Source: Opitutales bacterium (lineage in GTDB: Bacteria; Verrucomicrobiota; Verrucomicrobiia; Opitutales; PNEW01). From it: DNA of 32,000 nt. Made by a program: the position numbers and the translations under genes. The notes beneath the pieces were generated by a model, which saw nothing but the letters and a program-made list of their open reading frames with translations, was not told the origin of the DNA and did not search any database. The DNA is taken from assembly GCA_965219535.1 (NCBI GenBank), contig CBDCNV010000002.1, positions 1,710,001-1,742,000 on the forward strand. The letters are read 5' to 3'. Positions 1 through 8,462 of the stretch are shown piece by piece. The number at the start of each line of letters is the position of its first letter. The stretch's first letter is position 1.

Positions 1-875
1 TCATGTCGACTAATTTCTGTCGCCAACCGAAGATAGTCATTCGAGACATTATCCGCATCATCCCCTTTCTCAACAAGACCTACGGGTAGGCCCAGGGTTA
101 CAGCCCTTCGAACGACTGTCGCATCGCGGATTTGCGACTGCATTAATTTTGCTTGAGGTGAAACCCTTTTCTGATTGCGGAATTGATTAAGCCTGAGCTG
201 CATTCTCATTTTCGGAACGTCAATATCAACGTTACCTTTAATTGAATTGAAAATGATACCTTTAACCTGTGCCGGTTTGCCCATGCCACTTTTTCTGAAA
301 CTCGCAGAGCGATTGTGGAATATGATTAATTTTTCCACGAGCAGGGTAAATCCAATAAGACTAAGAGCGTCAGGATTTGAAGGGACGTAAATTTCGTTAC
401 TCGAGAAAACGCCACATTGAGAGGCCCTGAGAATATTAGGGGGGCAATCGAATACAACGTAATCGTAGTTAGATTCTATCGCGGCGAGTTGTTCCTGTAC
501 AATAGCGTAAGGGGGGTTTTGGGGATCGCCTTCAAAATCACTTTCAAGATCTACCAAGTTGAAGGTCGTTGGAACCAAATCTAAACCGGGAAGCAGTTTT
601 TCACCGGTTTTACTTTGGACGACATCCTTGATGAGACAATCTTCAATGGTTTCCTTACCGGGATCGAAAATTGAGTAAACCGAACCTCTTCCCTCCGTAT
701 TCAACTTATTCCAACGTTCAAGGCGCATGAGCCAGATACTGGCGTTAGACTGGGTATCAAAATCAAATAAAAGTACCCGTGATCCTTTTAGGGCCAAGCT
801 GGCAGCAGTATTAACGATAAGGGAAGTTTTACCTACTCCTCCTTTATAATTGAGAAAACTTATCTTTCGTGCCAT
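1..875 (-). CDS. ParA/MinD-family P-loop ATPase (C-terminal end lies beyond the window edge)
   Basis: I translated the minus strand from the ATG at 875-873: MARKISFLNYKGGVGKTSLIVNTAASLALKGSRVLLFDFDTQSNASIW... It has the deviant Walker A KGGVGKT. I checked all 291 codons down to position 3 and found no stop. It is absent from the ORF track because it has no stop inside the window. Confidence 0.85.
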   Translation of the reverse strand, partial: MARKISFLNYKGGVGKTSLIVNTAASLALKGSRVLLFDFDTQSNASIWLMRLERWNKLNTEGRGSVYSIFDPGKETIEDCLIKDVVQSKTGEKLLPGLDLVPTTFNLVDLESDFEGDPQNPPYAIVQEQLAAIESNYDYVVFDCPPNILRASQCGVFSSNEIYVPSNPDALSLIGFTLLVEKLIIFHNRSASFRKSGMGKPAQVKGIIFNSIKGNVDIDVPKMRMQLRLNQFRNQKRVSPQAKLMQSQIRDATVVRRAVTLGLPVGLVEKGDDADNVSNDYLRLATEISRH

Positions 876-1309
876 GCAAAATTGGAATTCAAATTAATAT
901 AAACACCTGTTCTCAACATAATAAAGTTTAGACCACAAGTGTCATTTATAAAGTTAAATATGGATAATGATTATTTATGTCCTTAGAAATTGAGGAGAAC
1001 GTTCATCATTGTCAACGATTTGCCAATTTAAAATGAGACGTCGTATTTCGTCATGAGGGAGGAATTCTTAAGTAATTCGGGGGTAAATAATCTGGAATAT
1101 ATTCATTTTATAGTTGTCCTGTTAGACAGTAGTTTCCTTGAAAAGGGGTAATATAATGGTTTCTGGAACGAATGCATGGGCGAGGTAAAAGCATTATTTT
1201 ATTGGGGTATTAGGCGTAATACTGAATTTATAGTTCCGGGTTGTATGAAAGCTTCAATTGAATTTTCTTGAATTGTTCTTTAGGTCGACGATAATGCTAA
1301 CTTAAGATC

Positions 1310-1780
1310 ATGGCTGAAGATAAAATAATTGATCGGTTGGGGGCGCTACCTTTTTTTTCCGGGTTAAGCACTGAACAACTGGGAACAGTTTCAGAGCACA
1401 TTAGTTGGCTTAATCTCGAGCCTAATACTACGGTCTTTAAAGAATCAGATAAAGGTGACGCCATTTATTTTATTTTAGAGGGATCGTTCGAGGTTGTGAT
1501 TGAATCTGGCAATGGAAAATCCATTCAGCTCGCCACTTTGACAGAGGGCCATTCGTTTGGAGAAATGTCGCTCATCGATAATCTACCCAGGTCAGCGACA
1601 ATCATGGCGAATATCAAGTCTGACGTCCTGCAACTAAAAAAGAATGATTTTGATGAGCTCTTGAAAAAGCATCCAACTATCGGTGTTATCCTCCTAATGG
1701 AACTTACCGATTTTCTTTGTCAGCATGTACGCGAGGCGAATGAAAGCCAATTAAAAGAACCGCCGATGGCGTTCGAATAA
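1310..1780 (+). CDS. stand-alone cyclic-nucleotide-binding (CAP effector domain) protein, copy 1
   Basis: 156-aa ORF with the phosphate-binding cassette FGEMSLIDNLPRSATIMA and the typical GD.IYFILEG beta-barrel start. There is no HTH or other output domain. Confidence 0.85.
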   Translation: MAEDKIIDRLGALPFFSGLSTEQLGTVSEHISWLNLEPNTTVFKESDKGDAIYFILEGSFEVVIESGNGKSIQLATLTEGHSFGEMSLIDNLPRSATIMANIKSDVLQLKKNDFDELLKKHPTIGVILLMELTDFLCQHVREANESQLKEPPMAFE

Positions 1781-1821
1781 TAAAAGACACCAGGCTGAAT
1801 TAATTTATATATTAAAATAAT

Positions 1822-2286
1822 ATGGCAGATGATAGAATATTAGCGGAGCTGAAAAGCTTTCCCTATACTTCCGGATTAAACTCGGATCAGTTGGAATTGT
1901 TTTCCGGTTTTGTTGAGTTGCTCGAATATGAACCCGATACCGCGGTCTTTAAAGAAGGAGACGATGGCGATTCTGTCTATTTTATTTTAAACGGCGAACT
2001 CGATGTTTCAATGGATTCTGACTGGGGTGAAGATATTAAAATAGCCACCCTGACCGATGGAAGCGTATTTGGTGAAATGTCTCTTATTAATGAGCTTCCA
2101 CGGTCTGCTTCCGTCACCGCCCGCACAAAGACTTTAGTTTTAAAATTAAATAAGATTAATTTTGAATTGATTCTTGAAAAACATCCGGCGATTGGCGTCA
2201 CCTTACTAAAAGGACTGGCGCAGATCGTTTGTCAGCGTGTACGAGAATCAAATTCATCGCTTTCTGAATTCCTTGAACCCATTTAA
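1822..2286 (+). CDS. stand-alone cyclic-nucleotide-binding protein, copy 2
   Basis: 154 aa with cassette FGEMSLINELPRSASVTA. It is collinear with copy 1 (MAEDKIIDRLGALPFFSGL vs MADDRILAELKSFPYTSGL) and starts 41 bp after it. Confidence 0.85.
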   Translation: MADDRILAELKSFPYTSGLNSDQLELFSGFVELLEYEPDTAVFKEGDDGDSVYFILNGELDVSMDSDWGEDIKIATLTDGSVFGEMSLINELPRSASVTARTKTLVLKLNKINFELILEKHPAIGVTLLKGLAQIVCQRVRESNSSLSEFLEPI

Positions 2287-2355
2287 ATGTTTAGTGGTAT
2301 CAAAAATTATCCTCATAGATTTCTGTGTATCAAATAATTCAATAGGTATAAGCTG

Positions 2356-2820
2356 ATGGGAAATTAAAAAATAATTAAAGGGCTTTCGGGTCTGCCTTTC
2401 TTCTCCGGATTAAATAATGATCAACTGTCAGCCATCTCGGACCATATTGAGTCACTTGACCTTCAACCTGAGACCAAAGTCTTTTCAGAAGGAGACGTTG
2501 GTGATTCGGTATATTTTATAGTCGAGGGGACGCTCGAAGTGATCAAGGATTCCGACTGGGGAGAAACGGTAAAACTAACCACATTAAAAGAGGGAAACTC
2601 TTTCGGGGAAATGTCTGTGATCGACGACCATCCACGTTCAGCAACCGTCGTTTCACAAACGAAAGCCTGGGTCCTGAAACTTAGAAAAGATAATTTCAAT
2701 ATTATCGTCGATAAACATCAAGACATTGGCTTGATCATGCTCAAGAAAATTTCCCGTTTTCTATGTCGGCACGTGCGCGAGTCGAATGAATCGCTGTCCG
2801 ATTTCCTTGAGCCAATCTGA
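2356..2820 (+). pseudogene. cyclic-nucleotide-binding protein copy 3, interrupted by in-frame TAA at codon 4 (ORF track shows only 2539..2820)
   Basis: The frame of ORF 2539..2820 stays homologous upstream to the ATG at 2356: MGN*KIIKGLSGLPFFSGLNNDQLSAISDHIESLDLQPETKVFSEGDVGDSVYFIVEG... This aligns without gaps to copies 1 and 2. The TAA at 2365-2367 sits where both paralogs have D. The cassette FGEMSVIDDHPRSATVVS is intact, and the total length is 154 codons, the same as copy 2. Confidence 0.6.
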
Positions 2821-2902
2821 TTCTGAATAGTATGGGGTTAACTGAAAAATCCCAGCGATTTCGATCCAGAATATACCCTTGAGAAGGGATGATGAACTGC
2901 GT

Positions 2903-3769
2903 CTAGTCGGCAATACCTAATTCGCGCATCCGCTCTATCCAACTGGCACGGAGCGAACTGTTCTCTTTATTTAAAAACCACTCTTTTCTATAATCGGGTT
3001 TGGCGCTCTTCTTATCAGTGCGAGTATTAAACACCTGTTTCGACCACTTGACCTGTCCCCGCATCTGTTCAATATGATCGGTGGACTTTGGATAGGCATA
3101 GTAAACAATCTCGAGCATTGTCCGGCCCGCTTTACCCCCGCGACTGGCATGCCAGCAGTTGAGATTAAATAAAACAACATCTCCCGGATTGCTTTCACAG
3201 GCAAAGCCGGGAAAGGTTTCAATATTTTCGGGATTGCTGATTCCCGGCATTTTCTTCAGGTCTCCATAGTAAGGTTGCTTGTGGCTTCGAGGGATAATTC
3301 GCAGCGCGCCGGTATCAGCAGTGAGCGTATCGGTATAAAATCCAAACTTGATTCCATAGCGATGGTCGGGATAGGGGTTAATCGGTGGATGGTCGGGGTG
3401 CCAGCGCGTATCGCCGACAAATAAACTAGCGTGACATTGATGTCCGATGAGGTCCTCACCAAAATGCTGTTTTGCTATACCATAAACTCGTTCGTCTTCC
3501 GAAAGCGTAAAAATAAAGGGCGAATAGGAATTGGAAAGTTGTATTGTTTGCAGTCGATCACTCGAAGGAATTGTCGGATCAAAAGGCAGGTCGGCAAAAG
3601 TAATTTCCTTCGCTTTTTCAATTTCCTTATTTATTTTCTCAACTTCATTCTCAGAGAAAAACTGCTTAAGGACAATGAAGCCAAATAAATCAAAGAATTG
3701 GAGTTCGTCACTGTTCAGGGACAAGCGAGGACCTGTAGTCGGGTTGGGAAATATAACAGATTGGATCAT
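2903..3769 (-). CDS. phytanoyl-CoA dioxygenase (PhyH) family Fe(II)/2-oxoglutarate oxygenase
   Basis: 288 aa. It has an N-terminal FFDLFGFIVLKQFF motif, a GDTRWHPDH (HxD) motif, DTGALRIIPRSHKQPYYG, and a distal His in NCWHASRGG. Confidence 0.8.
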   Translation of the reverse strand: MIQSVIFPNPTTGPRLSLNSDELQFFDLFGFIVLKQFFSENEVEKINKEIEKAKEITFADLPFDPTIPSSDRLQTIQLSNSYSPFIFTLSEDERVYGIAKQHFGEDLIGHQCHASLFVGDTRWHPDHPPINPYPDHRYGIKFGFYTDTLTADTGALRIIPRSHKQPYYGDLKKMPGISNPENIETFPGFACESNPGDVVLFNLNCWHASRGGKAGRTMLEIVYYAYPKSTDHIEQMRGQVKWSKQVFNTRTDKKSAKPDYRKEWFLNKENSSLRASWIERMRELGIAD

Positions 3770-3770
3770 A

Positions 3771-4868
3771 TTACTCTTCTTTTTCTGGTTCTTTTAATTC
3801 TTCTACTAAAGATCCACTTTCGTAATCAAAGTAACCAAACTCCCGCTTGTGTTCTATCCATTTTTCGCGCAGGGGGCTTTGATTAGGATTTTGATCCCAC
3901 TCCGATAAAGGCTCAGGTTCTTTTCCCTCTTTTGAATATTTCTTATCCAGGATTTTACTATGCATGTATGTTTCGCGGAGTTCCTGGGCCTGATCTTCGG
4001 TGCGTGGATAAGCATAGTATCCAACGGCAATCATGGGGCGCCCACTTTTACCCCCGAGGCTGGCATGCCAGCAACTGTGGTTAAAAATAAGGACATCTCC
4101 TGGCTCTGTGGCGCAGACAAATCCCGGAAGACTACGAACATTTTCCGCATCTGTAATTCCCGTTATTTTTCTAAGTTCCCCATAAAAGGGTTGCCGATGG
4201 CTTCGCGGTAGCACGCGAAGAGCTCCCGTGTCAGCGCCGACTGATTCTAAGTACAAAGCGAACTTACAGCCAAAATTGTGATTGGAATAACGACTGTATT
4301 CTTTTGGTTTATCAATCACCGCAGTTTTATATCGACCATCGGGAACTCGATCGGGATGCCAACGTGTATCGCCCACATAGAGACAACCGCCTGTTTGGCC
4401 ACCGATGATTTCACCACCCAAGAGTTGCTCCGCGATTTTATAATAGCGAGGATCTTCAGCTAATGCTGCTAATAGAGGAGTAGTAGAATCAGTAAACGTC
4501 ATGCACTGGGCGCGCTCACTTGTCGGAAGATCTTTTTCAAAGGGTTTATCTTTAAATTCTAACTCTACGGCGTGGTCGAATTCATCACTGATTGTCTTCA
4601 TTTCATCCTGGGTGAAATGGTTTCGCAGGATGAGAAAACCAAAAGTATCATAATACTGAACTTCGGTTCGGGATAAAGCAGTAATCGCGCTGCTACTTTC
4701 AGTAGAATCTGACCTATTTTGAATCATAAAATTATAAACGCTTGATAGCTTATATGAATCGATGATTTGGACTAAATGTTCAACAGAATAATAGTTGAAT
4801 ACATTTAAATGTTCAATCCATTTAGCTGGCCGAATATTTTTAGATGGACCGGCCTCGAAGCTGGTCAT
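3771..4868 (-). CDS. PhyH-family dioxygenase paralog with an N-terminal extension of about 75 aa
   Basis: 365 aa with the same motif set (YYDTFGFLILRNHF, GDTRWHPDR, DTGALRVLPRSHRQPFYG, SCWHASLGG). Its stop lies 1 nt from the start of the downstream paralog. Confidence 0.8.
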   Translation of the reverse strand: MTSFEAGPSKNIRPAKWIEHLNVFNYYSVEHLVQIIDSYKLSSVYNFMIQNRSDSTESSSAITALSRTEVQYYDTFGFLILRNHFTQDEMKTISDEFDHAVELEFKDKPFEKDLPTSERAQCMTFTDSTTPLLAALAEDPRYYKIAEQLLGGEIIGGQTGGCLYVGDTRWHPDRVPDGRYKTAVIDKPKEYSRYSNHNFGCKFALYLESVGADTGALRVLPRSHRQPFYGELRKITGITDAENVRSLPGFVCATEPGDVLIFNHSCWHASLGGKSGRPMIAVGYYAYPRTEDQAQELRETYMHSKILDKKYSKEGKEPEPLSEWDQNPNQSPLREKWIEHKREFGYFDYESGSLVEELKEPEKEE

Positions 4869-5031
4869 GTGAATTATTAGATATTGTAAGGTGTTGGATT
4901 AAAGGTGGATGAGGTGCTTATAAGACAAATGCGGAGATTTTATCCTAAGGGATAATTAGCCATAGGTATTTAAGTCTGAAAGGAGTATACCGTATAAGTA
5001 TTTAGGCAGTCGCATAATCCGAAACAACTTC

Positions 5032-5280
5032 ATGTACCGCCATACTCCAGAGTCATTTGACGGAGACAGAGATATTTGGCCGGGTATTATTCAATCTATG
5101 GATTCAACTTCAGAAAACGATAAAAGCAATTACTTCCCCTTTGCCTTGATACGCAGAGATAAAGTAAAACTGGGATTGGAATTAGCGCGTGATTTGAATT
5201 ATCCCGACGCAAAAATTATCAATAAGCTTTCGCAATATTTTACCGAAAAGTTTTTTAATGAAGAGCATGATTCTATATAG
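5032..5280 (+). CDS. hypothetical small protein (82 aa)
   Basis: This is the only ORF in an otherwise empty 430-bp gap. It has no recognisable motif and no clear RBS. Confidence 0.3.
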   Translation: MYRHTPESFDGDRDIWPGIIQSMDSTSENDKSNYFPFALIRRDKVKLGLELARDLNYPDAKIINKLSQYFTEKFFNEEHDSI

Positions 5281-5297
5281 CAGATAATAAACTTTTT

Positions 5298-5792
5298 TTA
5301 TTTTAGGGTAAGTTGCGTGTTTCCCGTGGTCAATGACCCATCGCTGAGAATACGCGCGCGTAAACCGCCTTCACCCTTCAAAAAAGATTCGGCGCCTGGA
5401 GCAACCGCTTCGTCCATCCAATAACAGGGCGCGCATTCCTCACTGCCCGAAAATAATACATTCTGAATAGTGAATTCCCTTTCGATGAGAGTGTTTAAAT
5501 CTATACCTTTTAAAATGAGATTTCGACGAAAGACACTGGTCGAGAGATCGGGTTTATCAAATTTGTTACGGATGCTTTCATAAATTGCCCAGTTAAAAAA
5601 AGTAATTTGTCCCTTGTAATTGTCTCGAAAGTCGAAATAGCGATCACCGACGAGTCCCTTATCTGTAATACAATCGACACTCTCTACGGCATGCACGGGA
5701 TTATGATTTCTCTCCATCCCGTGTCGTCCCTTGAAGTCATGGCCTGGTGATATATAGATGGCGATTATTTCAATGGGTATCTCTTCAGCCAT
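5298..5792 (-). CDS. MOSC domain-containing protein
   Basis: 164 aa. It has GLVGDRYF and the conserved C-terminal cysteine region SGSEECAPCYWMD, followed by GGLRARIL, as is typical of MOSC/YiiM-like proteins. Confidence 0.75.
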   Translation of the reverse strand: MAEEIPIEIIAIYISPGHDFKGRHGMERNHNPVHAVESVDCITDKGLVGDRYFDFRDNYKGQITFFNWAIYESIRNKFDKPDLSTSVFRRNLILKGIDLNTLIEREFTIQNVLFSGSEECAPCYWMDEAVAPGAESFLKGEGGLRARILSDGSLTTGNTQLTLK

Positions 5793-5903
5793 GTATAGAA
5801 TTAATATTGAATAGAGCCACGGGTTGCAAGACTACGGTGATGAATCAACTAACAGGAGGGTTCCTTAAGGACCCTAAAACAACACCCCTTACTTCTATTA
5901 ACG

Positions 5904-6809
5904 CTAGGGCCAATATTGTGCAAATTTTTTTCGCAGAAAAGCTGCGCTTCTATGCATCTGGTCCATGCCATCGACACCATCTTCAATACTGACCCAACCA
6001 TTAAATCCGACACTGTGAAGCATGGAAAATATTTTATCATAGTCATTAAGACCTTGTCCAATTTCACCATGACTCATTCGACTGGCGTAACCTTCAACAT
6101 TCTCTTCTTTGCGAAGGTCTTCCAGCGTTCCCTCTGCGACATAACGGTCACTCGCGTGCATGGTGACGACTCGATGTTTAACACGGTCGAGTAATTCCAA
6201 CGGGTCTTCGCCGGCAATGAGAGTATTACTCGGGTCGTAATTGACCCCAAAATGAGGGGAGTCAATAAGTTCGACGAGATCACAAAATACATCGATATAC
6301 TGGGCAAATTCGGGGTAGGTCCAGTAATTATCTTTATAATGATTCTCGAGGATTAGAGTAATACCGCGTTCAGAAGCGTAAGGAATGCATGCGTTAATAG
6401 CATCCGCTGTATAACGCAGGCCGTCTTCGCGAGAAACGTCAGGGCGTCGTTGGCCGGAGAGTATACGGCAATAGGAACCGCCAAATTCAGCACACATATC
6501 AATCCCACCTTTTTCGAGGTTGATTTGTTCATCTCTAAAGGCTTTATCGTGATGTGTGAAGTCAGGCGAGCAGCACATCATGGGAACCTCGAGCTTATGG
6601 TCCTCAACCATTTTCCGGTAGTCGGCCCACTTTTTCGAGTCTTTCAAGTCGATTATTCCGGTATAGAATTCCAATCCATCAATATCGAGGGTGGCTGCCA
6701 GCTCAATCCATTCTTTGAGAGACATTTTACCATTGATGCACAATTCGTCTAAGTACGCTTTTGGGAATGCTGCTAATTTAGGCATATTATTTTTATTTTT
6801 TGTCGTCAC
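5904..6809 (-). CDS. sugar phosphate isomerase/epimerase, xylose-isomerase-like TIM barrel (UlaE/SgbU-like)
   Basis: 301 aa. The N-terminus PKLAAFPKAYLDEL...LDIDGLEF resembles the UlaE/SgbU start, and it has LILENH, VTMHASD and GWVSIED metal-site-type motifs. An alternative ATG at 6785 (MPKLAAF) would remove the 17-nt overlap with the SDR gene. Confidence 0.75.
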   Translation of the reverse strand: MTTKNKNNMPKLAAFPKAYLDELCINGKMSLKEWIELAATLDIDGLEFYTGIIDLKDSKKWADYRKMVEDHKLEVPMMCCSPDFTHHDKAFRDEQINLEKGGIDMCAEFGGSYCRILSGQRRPDVSREDGLRYTADAINACIPYASERGITLILENHYKDNYWTYPEFAQYIDVFCDLVELIDSPHFGVNYDPSNTLIAGEDPLELLDRVKHRVVTMHASDRYVAEGTLEDLRKEENVEGYASRMSHGEIGQGLNDYDKIFSMLHSVGFNGWVSIEDGVDGMDQMHRSAAFLRKKFAQYWP

Positions 6810-7593
6810 CCTCTTTGAGAGGAATGCGACCTATAACTGGGAATTGCTCGAGATCGATGACACTACCGGTAATCGGTCTGCTGTCATTACTGAGCCAAAA
6901 AACAACATGTTGTGCAATATCTTCCGGCTTCGTCATTTTGCCGGTGGGGACATACTCAAGATCCGGTTTTTCAGACCAGCCCTCGGGTAACCCTTCTGAG
7001 ATTTTAAGATTATATTCGTTGGGCGTGATAACCCATCCCACATTGAAGTGGGTAATGCGCACCTGATCAGAGGCCAATAGATTAGCCAGGTTACGGGATT
7101 GTGTCATCAATGCCGCCTTTGCCATGCTATAATCAAGTTGATTCGGTTCACCGGTATAGGCATTAATTGATCCAATATTTACAATCGCCCCCTGGGTGCG
7201 CTTTAAATATTCTATCCCCGCCTTTGTCATGAGGAGAGGAGCGCGGACATTGACGGCCATTACTTTATCGAAAAGGTCCACGTTAGTCGTGTAAAGATTG
7301 CTGCGGATAATATAAGCTGCGTTATTGACGATTCCATCCAGTTTACCGTAAGCGTTTATCGCCGCGTCAACCAGGCGTTGAGGGGCGTGGGGATTGCTCA
7401 TATCATCGATGTGAAGTTTAGCTTTACCGTCCAAGCTGGCAATGATCTGTTCACCCCGTTCCTTATTACGTCCATGCACGAGAACATCCGCCCCTTCAGC
7501 CGCGCAGGCACGAACGGTCGCTTCACCGATACCGGTCGTGCTACCGGTTACAATTATTACTTTATCTTTTAATCGCAATGTCTCTTCTCCCAT
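6793..7593 (-). CDS. SDR-family oxidoreductase
   Basis: 266 aa with the cofactor motif VTGSTTGIGEA, NNAA, and the catalytic motif YSMAKAA (YxxxK). Confidence 0.9.
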   Translation of the reverse strand: MGEETLRLKDKVIIVTGSTTGIGEATVRACAAEGADVLVHGRNKERGEQIIASLDGKAKLHIDDMSNPHAPQRLVDAAINAYGKLDGIVNNAAYIIRSNLYTTNVDLFDKVMAVNVRAPLLMTKAGIEYLKRTQGAIVNIGSINAYTGEPNQLDYSMAKAALMTQSRNLANLLASDQVRITHFNVGWVITPNEYNLKISEGLPEGWSEKPDLEYVPTGKMTKPEDIAQHVVFWLSNDSRPITGSVIDLEQFPVIGRIPLKEGDDKK

Positions 7594-8453
7594 GCCGCTT
7601 CAAAATTGCTGCGGCTTTTACGGATAACTTCCGACGGATCAGCCTGCCATAAGGAGTCTGGAAGCTCGTCGATGGAGAATATTTCAAGACAGTACGCTCC
7701 TCGATAGCCGGTCTTCTCAATCGCACCAAGCAGACGCGGGAAATCAATTACCCCTTCACCACAAATTCGTCTATCACCCGGATGCCGCGGCTCACTTTCC
7801 GGCCAATCGCTTAAGTGGACACCAAATAAACGGTCCCCTAGAGCCTCAGTGCGACTATAAATTTCCGGCTCGCGCCACACGTGATAAACATCGAGCATCA
7901 GTCCGAAATTGGTACGATCGACGTCTTCAATAAGATCCATCGCTTCGTGCATGGTGCAGGTAAATGTGTCATTATTCATGAGAACCGGACTCAAGGGTTC
8001 ATACATGATGCGAACATTCTTTTCAGCGGCATAATCAGCCAGATCAGGATAGAGTTCGCGCGCCGTTTTGTGAGCTGCCTGAAAATTCATTTCCGGCGCA
8101 CTCCCGGAAATCGTTACGAGGATGAGATCTTCATCGGGAAATGCCTCGGAAAATAAATCAATAGATTGACGAAACCGTCCGTGTCGCTCCACCGGATTAT
8201 CGATATCAGGACACATAAGATCTTTGAATAGCGCATGGACACGTGGTTGAACGCTGGTCACTTTTAACCCGCACTCACGAACGGACGCTAATTGATTGAG
8301 AGCTTCATTATAATCGGTGGAAAGCTTTCGTTCACATATCTCGATGCCTTCGATTCCCAGGGTATGATAGAGCTTAACATCCTCTTCAAAACTCTGGTGC
8401 CAGGTAGTAAACTCGCTGACAGAAAAGGTCGGGAAACTTGAATTTTCAGCCAT
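7569..8453 (-). CDS. sugar phosphate isomerase/epimerase, xylose-isomerase-like TIM barrel
   Basis: 294 aa with the pattern IEGIEICE ... IMYEP ... VHLSDW ... GEGVIDF ... GYRGAYCLEIF, typical of the AP-endonuclease-2/xylose isomerase-like fold. Confidence 0.75.
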   Translation of the reverse strand: MAENSSFPTFSVSEFTTWHQSFEEDVKLYHTLGIEGIEICERKLSTDYNEALNQLASVRECGLKVTSVQPRVHALFKDLMCPDIDNPVERHGRFRQSIDLFSEAFPDEDLILVTISGSAPEMNFQAAHKTARELYPDLADYAAEKNVRIMYEPLSPVLMNNDTFTCTMHEAMDLIEDVDRTNFGLMLDVYHVWREPEIYSRTEALGDRLFGVHLSDWPESEPRHPGDRRICGEGVIDFPRLLGAIEKTGYRGAYCLEIFSIDELPDSLWQADPSEVIRKSRSNFEAAWEKRHCD

Positions 8454-8462
8454 GGGTAGCGG

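Noticed and set aside
2365-2367. Reassignment or readthrough of TAA as an explanation for the in-frame TAAs at 2365 and 30995.
   Set aside because: TAA terminates several intact genes here at positions matching paralog ends, for example 1778-1780, 2284-2286 and the permease genes. TAA is therefore a normal stop in this genome.
1310-2820. The cNMP-binding trio as Pycsar/CBASS-type defence effectors.
   Set aside because: No nucleotide cyclase gene is adjacent. The proteins also lack any TM, TIR, nuclease or other killing domain. This is only a domain-level resemblance.
3431-3886. Plus-strand ORFs spanning the junction of the two PhyH genes (3431..3688, 3531..3797, 3698..3886).
   Set aside because: They are antisense to two strongly supported dioxygenase genes. 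Their translations are Lys/Phe/Ile-rich, as expected from the reverse complement of coding sequence.
5747-6194. ORFs 5747..5992 +, 5849..6070 - and 5916..6194 + near the 3' end of the TIM-barrel gene.
   Set aside because: They overlap the motif-bearing 5904..6809 ORF or the MOSC gene start. They have no recognisable features of their own.
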